NCBI GenBank assembly: GCA_030950485.1
Contig: JAUZRK010000015.1
Location: 2,010-66,009 of the forward strand
Direction: 5' to 3'
Origin: Candidatus Dojkabacteria bacterium
Lineage (GTDB): Bacteria > Patescibacteriota > Dojkabacteria > J137
DNA: 64,000 nt
A program made the translations under genes and the position numbers. Positions 53,873 to 63,191 of the stretch are shown here, in pieces (the stretch's first letter is position 1; the number at the start of each line of letters is the position of its first letter). The notes beneath the pieces were generated by a model, which was not told where the DNA came from, did not search any database, and saw nothing but the letters and a program-made list of their open reading frames with translations.

Positions 53873-53952
53873 TTAGCCCTATCAATAAAATAATAGATAA
53901 GCGGTTGTTTTTTAGCTATTTATTTTTTCTTTCTTTCTTCTTGATAAATTTC

Positions 53953-53997
53953 AAACTGTTTAATATACTATACCCTATATAGTATATTAAACAGTTT
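53953..53997. promoter_or_regulatory. Perfect 20-bp inverted repeat AAACTGTTTAATATACTATA-CCCTA-TATAGTATATTAAACAGTTT immediately upstream of the CsoR-like gene
   Basis: Directly read. It ends 2 bp before the start codon at 54000. Candidate operator or promoter element. Confidence 0.6.
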
Positions 53998-53999
53998 TT

Positions 54000-54248
54000 A
54001 TGAAAGAACTAGAGAACAGAGTAAATAGAATCATAGGTCAATTAGAGTCAGTTAAAAAAGAGATTACAAAAGAGAACTATGACTGTGGACAAATTGTTCA
54101 GCAAGTAAAAGCTATCTCAGGCTCTATAAAATCATTTGGGAAAGCCTTTGCAGAGGAAGATATTAAAGCCTGCATGAATAAGGATTTATCAAAAGAGGAA
54201 ATTAAAGAAAGACTAGAAACTATTCTAGATGTCGCATTTAAATATTAA
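54000..54248 (+). CDS. CsoR/RcnR-family repressor, CstR-like (two conserved Cys)
   Basis: The RIIGQLESVKKEI...YDCGQIVQQVKAISGS...IKACM helix pattern and length (82 aa) match the CsoR family. Two Cys are placed as in persulfide-sensing CstR. Confidence 0.65.
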   Translation: MKELENRVNRIIGQLESVKKEITKENYDCGQIVQQVKAISGSIKSFGKAFAEEDIKACMNKDLSKEEIKERLETILDVAFKY

Positions 54249-54260
54249 TAAATAATAAGT

Positions 54261-54578
54261 ATGGATACTATTAGCGTAAAAGAATTAAAAGAAAAATTGA
54301 AGAATATGTCTGAAGATGAAATTGTAGTTGATGTACGAACTCAGGCTGAGTTTTCAGAAGTAAGAATAGATGATCCAAAGGTTATAAATATAGAGCTGAG
54401 TACAGTTATTCATAATGCTGAAGCTTTAGAAGGCAAGAAAGCATACTTAATCTGTAATAGTTGAAGTCGTAGTTATATGGCGCAACTTTTACTTGCAAAT
54501 AAGGGAATTCAAGCTGTAAATATTGACGGTGGAATGGTTTTATGGATAGAGCCTAAATATCCAGTAATAAAAGATTAA
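54261..54578 (+). pseudogene. Single-domain rhodanese with an in-frame TGA at the active-site Gly position (CNS[TGA]SRS)
   Basis: ...KKAYLICNS then TGA (54462..54464), then SRSYMAQLLLANKGIQAVNIDGGMVLWIEP in the same frame. The rhodanese loop consensus is C-x-x-G-x-R-(S/T). Confidence 0.6.
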
Positions 54579-54599
54579 TTTAGATTTTTAAAGTAAATT

Positions 54600-56303
54600 A
54601 TGAAAGCTATAGACATAAACAAAAATCAATTTAAAAAAGAAGTATTAGACTCAGAAAAAGCAGTATTAGTAGACTTTTGGGCTCCTTGGTGCGGACCTTG
54701 TAGAATGATGGCACCAATCTTAGATGAATTAGCATCTGATGAAGATCTTAAGGATAAATTAAAGATTGTAAAAATAAATACAGAAGAAGTTGAGAATAGA
54801 GACCTTGCTATCCTTTACAAAATACAGAGTATACCTAATATGAAACTGTTTTTTAATGGTCAAGTAGTCGAAGATTTTATTGGATTTAGAGCTAGAGCTG
54901 ATTTTAAAAGAGATCTACAAGCTTCAATTTCTAAACTTGAAGTTAAAGCAAGTGCTTCTCAGGAAGATAAATATGGAATAACAAGATTTTATGATGAAAA
55001 TCTAGCACATGCGTCGTATGCAATAATTTCTGATAAGAAAGTGATGTTGATTGATCCAAGTAGAGATTTACAGAAATATTATGATTTTGCAGATGAAAAT
55101 AATGCTGAAATAATCGGGGTGATTGAGACACATCCACATGCAGATTTTATATCTTCTCATAAGCTTATTTCTCTAGAAAAGGGTGCAAAAGTGTACGTTT
55201 CAGAATTACTAGGAGCGGAGTATGAATATGAAGGATTTGATAATGGCGACGAAATTAAGATGGGTCAAGTAGTTTTTGAATCATTTAATACGCCTGGACA
55301 TTCACCAGATAGTATATCGATTTTAATTAAGGATAATGAAGGAACCCAAATAGCTATTTTTACCGGCGATACTTTATTTGTTGGTGATGTTGGAAGGCCT
55401 GATTTAAGAGAAGGCGTTGGGAATGTAATGATGAGTAGAGAAGAACTAGCTGAGAAACTATATCACTCTATTCATGATGTTATAGCAGAGTTTAAAGATG
55501 AAGTTATAGTTTATCCTGCTCATGGTAATGGATCATTATGTGGAAAAAATCTATCAGATGAGCCTAGTTCAACTATTGGAAAAGAGAAGAAAACTAATCC
55601 AGGCTTTTTAGCTAAGGATAAAAATGAATTCGTTAAGTATATTTTGGAAGGGCAACCCTATGTTCCAAAATATTTTCCAAATTCAGTTCAGTTAAATAGA
55701 AAAGGAGTCTTAAGCTATAAAAACAGACTTACTGAACTTGCAAATTCTGAAAATGTCTCAATATTAAAAGAGGATGATATGGTTATCGATATAAGAAGTA
55801 AGGCTGATTATGAAATTAAACACATTCCGGGATCACTAAACATTCAGTTTGACGGTAAGTTTGAAACCTGGCTAGGATCAATCTTAGATCCAAAAGAGAG
55901 ATTCTATATAGTAAAGGGTGCGTATCTATTGGAAGATGTCGTAAGAAGAGTAGCAAACATTGGGTACGAAGAAAATATTATTTCTATAATCTCAGACGAT
56001 TCGATTGTTTCTAACTCTGTTATTTCTTCTCTTCCAGAAAGTAAAGAAATTCTAGAAAAGGAATTTACGATTATAGATGTAAGAGAGGAATCCGAGGTAG
56101 AAAATCGTAAGTACTTTGAATCTTCAATTAATATTCCCTTACAACATTTACGAGAGCGAGTAAACGAGATAGATACTTCAAAACCCATAATAGTTCACTG
56201 TGCTGGGGGTTATAGATCTCAAAGTGCAGCTACTATACTGAGAGATCATTTTAAGAATAGAGTTGAAGTTTATGATCTTGGTTCAAGTGTTGATAAATAT
56301 TAA
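54600..56303 (+). CDS. Thioredoxin - metallo-beta-lactamase (persulfide dioxygenase-like) - rhodanese fusion, CstB-like
   Basis: N-terminal WAPWCGPCR thioredoxin motif. MBL motif ETHPHADF plus downstream His/Asp ligands. C-terminal rhodanese with the catalytic IVHCAGGYRSQ. Confidence 0.7.
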   Translation: MKAIDINKNQFKKEVLDSEKAVLVDFWAPWCGPCRMMAPILDELASDEDLKDKLKIVKINTEEVENRDLAILYKIQSIPNMKLFFNGQVVEDFIGFRARADFKRDLQASISKLEVKASASQEDKYGITRFYDENLAHASYAIISDKKVMLIDPSRDLQKYYDFADENNAEIIGVIETHPHADFISSHKLISLEKGAKVYVSELLGAEYEYEGFDNGDEIKMGQVVFESFNTPGHSPDSISILIKDNEGTQIAIFTGDTLFVGDVGRPDLREGVGNVMMSREELAEKLYHSIHDVIAEFKDEVIVYPAHGNGSLCGKNLSDEPSSTIGKEKKTNPGFLAKDKNEFVKYILEGQPYVPKYFPNSVQLNRKGVLSYKNRLTELANSENVSILKEDDMVIDIRSKADYEIKHIPGSLNIQFDGKFETWLGSILDPKERFYIVKGAYLLEDVVRRVANIGYEENIISIISDDSIVSNSVISSLPESKEILEKEFTIIDVREESEVENRKYFESSINIPLQHLRERVNEIDTSKPIIVHCAGGYRSQSAATILRDHFKNRVEVYDLGSSVDKY

Positions 56304-56320
56304 ATTAAAAAATTTAAAAA

Positions 56321-56785
56321 ATGAACGTTAAATTAAATAAAAATTCACTAAAAATCTTTACTGCAATCTTTGGAACAATTATTGTTGTTGGCTTTTTTAT
56401 CATTATGAATTCTAATGATAAATGTGCAAATGATTCAGAAGGTAATACAGAATCTATAGCTCAATTTCAAACAGTAAATGCTTCAGATTTTCAAAAAGAG
56501 ATTGTAGAACAAGATGCTGTGATTTTAGATATAAGAACAAAGGATGAGTATGATTTGGGAAGAATTTCTAATTCTATAAATATCGATTATTACAGTCCTA
56601 GGTTCAGAAATGAGTTAGAAAAATTAGATAAAGATGCAGAATATAAAATTTATTGTAATTCAGGAAATCGAAGTAAGACAGCTTTAGATATTATGAAAGA
56701 ATTGGGATTTACAAATGTAACAGAGCTAAAAGGTGGGATTCAGGCGTGGATTAACTCAGGGGGAGAGACTTGTGTAAATTGCTAG
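56321..56785 (+). CDS. Membrane-anchored/secreted single-domain rhodanese
   Basis: N-terminal TM helix. Catalytic loop KIYCNSGNRSKTA. Confidence 0.65.
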   Translation: MNVKLNKNSLKIFTAIFGTIIVVGFFIIMNSNDKCANDSEGNTESIAQFQTVNASDFQKEIVEQDAVILDIRTKDEYDLGRISNSINIDYYSPRFRNELEKLDKDAEYKIYCNSGNRSKTALDIMKELGFTNVTELKGGIQAWINSGGETCVNC

Positions 56786-56832
56786 GAATGAAATAAGTTA
56801 AGAAGGGAACTCTATTAGCTCCCTTCTTATTT

Positions 56833-57804
56833 CTATTCAGAAATTTTTAATACAACATTTCCAATTTTATGACCAGAATCTACATACTCATGAGCTCTAA
56901 CTATTTCATCTAGACTATAAATTTTACTAATTACAGGTTTGATCATTTTTCTTTCATATAAATCCTTCAAGTAATCTAATTTCTCTTTTGTATCATTTGA
57001 AACACCAGAAACAATTTTCTTAGAATTAAAAATATTACTGATAAACATTCTTAGATAAAAGGGTAATCCTCCAACCATTTGAACAAACTTTCCTTTTTCT
57101 ACTAGGGAATCTTTAGAGTCTGAAAAGTTTAATTTACCAATAGTATCTAATATCACATCATATTTCTTTTCTAACTTTGTAAAGTCCTCAGACTTATAAT
57201 CGATTACAAAATCTGCACCTAGAGTGCTAATTAATTCATGATTCTTTTTAGTACTAATACCTGTAACTTCTGCACCAAATATTTTTGCTAATTGGACTGC
57301 GGCAGTTCCCACACTTCCGGAAGCCCCGTTAATCAACACTTTATCACCGCTTTTAACTCCAGCTTTTGTAAGGAAATAGTGTGCTGCTCCAAACCCAAAC
57401 GGAATAGATGCTGCATCTTCAAAACTCATATTATTAGACATTTTAACTATTACATTATCAGCCTTTATCTTCATAAATTCAGCATTAGCACCAGATTTTG
57501 ATGAATAGCCAAATACTTTATCTCCAACATTAAACTCTGTAACATCAGCTCCAGTTTCAGTAATGATCCCAGAAAACTCACTTCCCAAAATACTATATTT
57601 GGGCTTTTTAAATCCAAACATCAACCTGACGAAAAAACTCATACCTTCAGGGACATTAATAGCTCTAATTCTAGCCTCACCTGATGTGACACTTCCTGAT
57701 TTTACTTCTATTAAAACTTCATCTATTGATATTTTTGTCTTACTTATATCTTGAATCTGAAAAACGTCTGCGTCGCCATAGCTATTTATTATTACTGCTT
57801 TCAT
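56833..57804 (-). CDS. MDR-family NAD(P)H quinone oxidoreductase / zinc-independent alcohol dehydrogenase-like protein
   Basis: GASGSVGTAAVQLAKIFGA cofactor-binding motif. 323 aa. Confidence 0.7.
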   Translation of the reverse strand: MKAVIINSYGDADVFQIQDISKTKISIDEVLIEVKSGSVTSGEARIRAINVPEGMSFFVRLMFGFKKPKYSILGSEFSGIITETGADVTEFNVGDKVFGYSSKSGANAEFMKIKADNVIVKMSNNMSFEDAASIPFGFGAAHYFLTKAGVKSGDKVLINGASGSVGTAAVQLAKIFGAEVTGISTKKNHELISTLGADFVIDYKSEDFTKLEKKYDVILDTIGKLNFSDSKDSLVEKGKFVQMVGGLPFYLRMFISNIFNSKKIVSGVSNDTKEKLDYLKDLYERKMIKPVISKIYSLDEIVRAHEYVDSGHKIGNVVLKISE

Positions 57805-57828
57805 AATTTTAAACTTAAAAATTTGTAT

Positions 57829-58035
57829 TTACTTATATTCGAAAACTTTACTAATATCTTTATTAAAAACTTTAGAGATTTTAAATGCAAGCTCAAGAGA
57901 AGGCGAGTAATTACATTTTTCTATTGCAATAATAGTTTGTCTAGTTACCTCAACTAGTTTTGCTAGATCTTCTTGTGTTAAACCAGCTTCTGCTCTTAAA
58001 GTTTTTATATTGTTTGCAATACTTTCCTTACTCAT
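57829..58035 (-). CDS. XRE-family helix-turn-helix transcriptional regulator
   Basis: LTQEDLAKLVEVTRQTIIAIEK (Cro/C1 HTH). 68 aa. Overlaps the upstream membrane gene by 4 nt (ATGA). Confidence 0.75.
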   Translation of the reverse strand: MSKESIANNIKTLRAEAGLTQEDLAKLVEVTRQTIIAIEKCNYSPSLELAFKISKVFNKDISKVFEYK

Positions 58036-58490
58036 GCTTTTAATTTACCTCTGTAATAACAAATTTTAGATAGAGAACCGATAACTTCTGATAAGACTCC
58101 AAATACAACAATGATACTAAACATTACAGCTAAAGATTGACCAATTGCTGCTGATACTAAGGCTAAACCAAAACCTATTAGAAATACTGCCTGCCCATTT
58201 CGCTCTCCTTTTAAATCAATTAATTTATCTCTTTCATCTACTATTTCCTTAAAATCACTTTCTTTTCCTGTAGCTATAGCTGTAGCAATTGCTACTAAGA
58301 TATACATTACTATCATTGAAACAATTCTTAATGGAATCATTATTAAAATTGCAGTAGCCCAGAATTTTAATTCCTCATCATTAGAAAGGTTTTTATCTTG
58401 ATAAGTAATAAATACTGAAACTATATAAGGAAGTCCAACTAGCAATAAGCTAGATAATGAGATTAGGATTTCTCTCTCTTTAGAAGACAT
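58032..58490 (-). CDS. Multi-pass membrane protein co-transcribed with the XRE regulator (DUF2975-like arrangement)
   Basis: 152 aa with 4 TM helices. This is a commonly seen pairing. Confidence 0.4.
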   Translation of the reverse strand: MSSKEREILISLSSLLLVGLPYIVSVFITYQDKNLSNDEELKFWATAILIMIPLRIVSMIVMYILVAIATAIATGKESDFKEIVDERDKLIDLKGERNGQAVFLIGFGLALVSAAIGQSLAVMFSIIVVFGVLSEVIGSLSKICYYRGKLKA

Positions 58491-58521
58491 TTTGTTTTGT
58501 TAATAAGTTATAAATATATAT

Positions 58522-58560
58522 TAATGTAAAGTTTACTTTACGTCAAGTATTTTTTACATT
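58522..58560. promoter_or_regulatory. Nested inverted repeats AATGTAAA-GTTTACTTTAC-...-TTTACATT upstream of the membrane/XRE operon
   Basis: GTAAAGTTTACTTTAC is a 16-bp palindrome (58526..58541), flanked by AATGTAAA/TTTACATT. Confidence 0.4.
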
Positions 58561-58862
58561 ACTTATTGCATTTTATTTAATGGACTTCTAATTAATATTT
58601 TCAAATTTCTGCTATTTCTCTGAAGAGCAGCAGTTTTGAAGATTATATTTATTTATCTATGTTATAGTATATATATTCACCAATTGGCAAATATCTCATG
58701 CCTGATAACGAGAGCTTCTAGTATATATAACTTAGTAATTTAAATTCTTTGTGTCCCAAGTATATATAAATTGTTCAATGTTTATGAAGTAAGATAATCA
58801 ATGAAACAAGCCTATTTATAATAATATTTATTTTGAGTATTAACTACATATTAAATTAGATA

Positions 58863-59471
58863 ATGGACGTAACAACAAAAATCAATAAAATTAATAAACG
58901 TAAATGGGAGGAGTATAATATTCGAACAGATTTTACCTCATTACGTATTTTAACTTTTATTAAGGTAATGATTATAACAACTGTAGTATTAGCAACTTAT
59001 TGGTTTATGACTAATATTATTACCTCAGTTTATATATCGAAAATTTCAGTCCTCTTACTTATAGTTTTAATATTTTATTATTTAGTAGAGACTTTAGTTT
59101 TTTTACATAAAAGCTCACTAACTATTCTTTTTATCCCAGGAAATATTCAGATTATTGAAGGAAATTACTTTGATTCAATTCAAGGGAAAATAATTATAAA
59201 TCGCGGGTTAATTTTTAAAAGAATAAGAACATTAGGGATAAGTGAATTTGATAGAGTTACTGTTTTTCAAAATCCTATTCAAAGGATTTTAAATACTGGA
59301 ACTATTAAACTTATTGAAGTAAATAAATTATCAGATACAACTTCAATTTACTTTTCGTATATTAAGAATCCTCAGAATATTGCTAGAAAAATTCAGAGTA
59401 TGATAGATATTGAAGGCAGTGTAACTCAGAGAATTAAATCTTTCTCAAATGCTGAGGTTATTTCTCAGTGA
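58863..59471 (+). CDS. Membrane-flanked bacterial PH-domain protein (YdbS/YdbT-like)
   Basis: Two N-terminal TM helices, then a beta-rich ..IQIIEGNYFDSIQGKIIINRGLIFKRIRTLGISEFDRVTVFQNPIQRILNTGTIKL.. PH-like fold. Confidence 0.45.
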   Translation: MDVTTKINKINKRKWEEYNIRTDFTSLRILTFIKVMIITTVVLATYWFMTNIITSVYISKISVLLLIVLIFYYLVETLVFLHKSSLTILFIPGNIQIIEGNYFDSIQGKIIINRGLIFKRIRTLGISEFDRVTVFQNPIQRILNTGTIKLIEVNKLSDTTSIYFSYIKNPQNIARKIQSMIDIEGSVTQRIKSFSNAEVISQ

Positions 59472-59601
59472 TGACTCTTCTCTAAAAGTTAAGTCAAGAA
59501 ATTAATCAGGTTAATAAATATTTCTAGAAATAAGATTTAGAAATTTCTCAAGATAAACGAAATGAGATGTTGTCATTTATTTTAACAAGCTTAATGTATC
59601 C

Positions 59602-60081
59602 TTATTTCTTTACTAAGTCTGATTGAATTACATCTATAATGTTTTTTATTATAGGTATTTGAAGCTTATAGCCTCCGGTAAAGTTAAATCCAATATAGTA
59701 TGCAAGAACATCAAGATAATCAAATACATCAGCATTACTCATAGGAGCAAGCTTTTGCGTAATCTCAATTAGGACAGGAGTTAAAATTCCGCCAATTAAG
59801 CAAGTATTCCAACTATATGGTTTTTCATTTAAAGTAAGAGTAGCAGCACGCATTAGTACAGCTGCTGCAGTAGGTTCAAGAAGATCTTTTATATGTCCTC
59901 CAAAAATTTGAACCACAGGATTGTTTGTACCCTCTATAAGCATTTTAATTGCAGCTGTAGTAACTATACAAAGCAGTTGAACTGGTAGGACATTTACCTG
60001 CTCTGACTCAATTTGACTATTTTCCTTAAGTTGAGTAACTTCATGATTAATTGCAGAATCAATTTCTAAATCACTACTCAT
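59602..60081 (-). CDS. Hypothetical protein
   Basis: 159-aa ORF. Confidence 0.35.
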   Translation of the reverse strand: MSSDLEIDSAINHEVTQLKENSQIESEQVNVLPVQLLCIVTTAAIKMLIEGTNNPVVQIFGGHIKDLLEPTAAAVLMRAATLTLNEKPYSWNTCLIGGILTPVLIEITQKLAPMSNADVFDYLDVLAYYIGFNFTGGYKLQIPIIKNIIDVIQSDLVKK

Positions 60082-60242
60082 TTGTTTTAAATTTAAAGAT
60101 AAGCCCGAGATATTATCATGGAATATCTATTACGTGCAATATAGCTTATAAAGTCAGAAGAGCTTACTGTATAGTATAAGATTATTATTTAAGAAGATAG
60201 TTTAAGGATTCAATATATATCGAATAGATAAACAACTTTTTA

Positions 60243-60749
60243 TTATACTTCTTGTGCCCATTTCTCTATCTCATTCCAATCTCTATAATCGCCTTCGCTA
60301 GCTCCTTTTAGTTTTAAAAGAAATTTTAAGATATATCTAGTATGAAAAGGCACTCTTTTTAATTCCACAGCTCCTGCGAAACCCTTTACATCTATTGGGT
60401 TTAAACTAGGATTTATATTTCTTATATATTCAGCGTACTTTTGACCTCTTTTAGTTGATCTTTCTGATTTAGAAGATAATGTTAAACAAACGAAAAAATA
60501 GAAAAGACGTTTGTTTTTTAAAACTTTAGTATTATTTTTTAGAAAATCCCTAGCTTCATTCATCCATTTATCATATCTAATTGGAGAACCTACAATTACT
60601 GTATCGTATTTCTGTAGATTTATAACATCCTCAATATTAAAAACGTCAACATTATTCTCTTTCTCTTTCAGCGTCTTCCCGATTTTCTCTGCGACTTCTT
60701 TTGTTGAGCCTAATTTTGTAGAGTATGTGACTAAAATATTTTTATCCAT
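60243..60749 (-). CDS. Flavodoxin-like protein, HemG-like (menaquinone-dependent protoporphyrinogen oxidase family)
   Basis: ILVTYSTKLGSTKEVAEKIG..., TVIVGSPIRYDKW, and ..DYRDWNEIEKWAQEV parallel HemG (..VIGASIRYGHY.., ..YTDWEQVANFA..). Confidence 0.45.
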   Translation of the reverse strand: MDKNILVTYSTKLGSTKEVAEKIGKTLKEKENNVDVFNIEDVINLQKYDTVIVGSPIRYDKWMNEARDFLKNNTKVLKNKRLFYFFVCLTLSSKSERSTKRGQKYAEYIRNINPSLNPIDVKGFAGAVELKRVPFHTRYILKFLLKLKGASEGDYRDWNEIEKWAQEV

Positions 60750-60916
60750 ATATAAAAGCTTATTAGAATTTTAATTTTTTTACAACATATTTGTTTTTAA
60801 ATTCTAATTGATATTAAGTATTGCCTTAGAATTTATTGTTGGACTTCACAGATTAGGTTTATTGAATAAAGCAATAATTGATGCTTTAATGATTTATATA
60901 TGATCATTTAATACAA

Positions 60917-61639
60917 ATGGACTTAACTGCGATTATTACGACAATTAGACACGGTGAAAAAGATGATTCTGGATCTTTAACTGATGATGGAGCAAATCAA
61001 TAAAGATTAAGAGCGTTAGAAGTTGACCACCTTAAGGGAGATCTTATCTTATTTCATAGTGGAGTAAATCGAGTAGAAGACACTATAAAGCACTTAGCTT
61101 CAAATATTCATGCAATTGAAGTCTCACAGTTTGATATTAAACTCCAAAATGAACTTCATATGCAAGATTATATAGTACCTAATCTTCATTATTTATATGA
61201 CCCTAGTATAAAGGGTAGGTATTTTGGAGAATGGGATAATATTGAAATGACTGAAAAAAGTATTCTGGATAGAATAGATGGATTCTTAAATTTTAAAGAT
61301 AAAAGTCTAGAACCGAATATTTTTCCTTCACCTCTTGAAATGTTTAAGAGGATCTCAAGTGTTATTAGGTCTCAGATTAATTTCGCAACAATTACTGATA
61401 GCACCCATAGAACTAATTTTATAAATGGAACACATGAACCAGTAATATCTGCATTTATATTCTTTCTACTAAAAAAGATGAGTGACAAGAGTATCACTAA
61501 AATAGATGACATAGGAGGCCCTATTGGTTTTGCTGAAGGGTTAGATATACTAGTATTTCAAGATAAAAATCAGGAGATTAAATTAGAACTCAATTTTAGA
61601 GGGAAGAATTATCCATTTGAATTATCTGATTTAGGATAA
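60917..61639 (+). pseudogene. Histidine phosphatase superfamily (phosphoglycerate-mutase-like) protein with an in-frame TAA
   Basis: MDLTAIITTIRHGEKDDSGSLTDDGANQ, then TAA (61001..61003), then RLRALEV... in frame through the ORF reported at 61160..61639. RHGE is the family catalytic motif. Confidence 0.5.
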
Positions 61640-62060
61640 AAGATCTTTCTAAACTTATAACATAACAGTTATCTCTACCTGAACTAAATCACCAACCTTT
61701 ATTCTCTCACTATCTCTAACAGATTTCTTAATAGGGAGTATAAAACTATTCGATTTTTTATCTGTAAAAATCGAGGTTTTGAAGTTAGAATTACTAATAG
61801 TTACATTTACGGGAAGTGAACCCCAGCCTCACTTCTGATCAGCATATCTAAAGTCTATAAGCTCTTTTATATCTTTTGGTAACGTTATAAAGTGCCAAGC
61901 TGCTTTTTCGCTAGAGTGGATCCATAATACTGCTTTGAATTTTAATTTATCCATTTAGTATATATTTAAACATATTTATTTTACTTTAATAGAAAACTTA
62001 ACACTATATTCATATTAAATTCACTACTTCGAAATATAATATGGTTAATTAAATTAAAAC

Positions 62061-62294
62061 ATGAAAAATGAAAATGTAAAATTATCTTTTCCCTTATTAT
62101 TAGGAGTATTTATTCTAGTAATTGGAATAGGTATCTCTTTAGTATTTATATCCTACGCTTCAAATAGTGGAAATGTTGAAGCAACAGTTGATGGAAGTAA
62201 TAATAACAATACAGCACAGCAGGATATTAGAAAAACTATTAGTACTAAGAGTAGTAATAATAAGGGTAATTCTAGAAGAAATGACGCTTCATAA
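62061..62294 (+). CDS. Small membrane-anchored protein
   Basis: 77 aa. TM helix followed by a polar N/S/K-rich tail. Ends ATGA-overlapped with apbE. Confidence 0.3.
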   Translation: MKNENVKLSFPLLLGVFILVIGIGISLVFISYASNSGNVEATVDGSNNNNTAQQDIRKTISTKSSNNKGNSRRNDAS

Positions 62295-63191
62295 ATGAAA
62301 AACGATCCTAATCTAATAAGAAAAATAAAATTTAGAGCAATTGGTACTAATTGGTACTTTGAATTTTTTGAAGATGTGCAAATAGATTTAGTTTCAAGGG
62401 CAAAAGATATAATTGAAGAATTTGAAAAGAAATTTTCTAGGTTTATAGATACAAGTTTTGTCTCGCAGCTAAATTCGGATAAATACTTCAATAATCCAGA
62501 TGATGAGTTCTTTGAATTAATAAAGATTGGAAAAGATGCTAATAAAGTTACAAATGGATCTTTTGATATAAGTATAGGAGGAATACTAGAAGATAGAGGT
62601 TATGATTCGAACTATTCTTATATTCCTAAAGACAATAGGAATCAAGTAGGGAATGTCAGTGTTACAAAGGGTGAAATTAGAATAAGCCCAAATTCAAGAA
62701 TTGATCTTGGGGGTCTTGGAAAAGGTTATTTAGTTGATAAAGTAAAAAACTTTTTTTTAAAGAATAATATTAAGTATTTTTTAATCAATGCGGGAGGCGA
62801 TATTTATGCTACGAGCGATAATAAAGAAAAAATAAGGTTTGAACTTGAAAGCCCATTTGAAACTTCTGAGACGATAGGGGAGCTTTTAATAAGTAACTCA
62901 GCAATAGCAGCCTCATCAAATTCTAAAAGAAATTGGAGCTATGGAGGAACGGAGTATGGACATTTAGTACAAACCAATAAACTAATTAGAAATAAAATTA
63001 TCAAATCAGTTTATACTTTTGGAAATAAGTGCCTAGACGTAGACATTGCGGCAACTTGTATTTTTCTATCTGAAGTAGGTTTATATAAAAAAATAAGCAG
63101 TTACTATAATGTGCAATATCTAATTTTATTCGAGGATGGTACTTTTACTAAGAGCGAAGGATATCCTGCTGAGTTATATTTAAACAAATGA
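62295..63191 (+). CDS. apbE: FAD:protein FMN transferase (ApbE family)
   Basis: ApbE motifs DISIGGILEDRGYDS, IDLGGLGKGYLVDKV, INAGGDIYATSD, DIAATCIFL. Confidence 0.75.
   Translation: MKNDPNLIRKIKFRAIGTNWYFEFFEDVQIDLVSRAKDIIEEFEKKFSRFIDTSFVSQLNSDKYFNNPDDEFFELIKIGKDANKVTNGSFDISIGGILEDRGYDSNYSYIPKDNRNQVGNVSVTKGEIRISPNSRIDLGGLGKGYLVDKVKNFFLKNNIKYFLINAGGDIYATSDNKEKIRFELESPFETSETIGELLISNSAIAASSNSKRNWSYGGTEYGHLVQTNKLIRNKIIKSVYTFGNKCLDVDIAATCIFLSEVGLYKKISSYYNVQYLILFEDGTFTKSEGYPAELYLNK

Noticed and set aside
53953-53997. Interpreting the 20-bp inverted repeat purely as a terminator for the upstream gene
   Set aside because: The stem is entirely A/T apart from the spacer, and it is 80 bp from the upstream stop, whereas it abuts the CsoR-like start codon. 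An operator or promoter role is more parsimonious, although weak termination cannot be excluded.
54462-54464. Selenocysteine insertion at the rhodanese TGA
   Set aside because: The interrupted position corresponds to the invariant Gly of the catalytic loop, not to Cys. The catalytic Cys is already encoded three codons earlier. No SECIS-like hairpin follows immediately.
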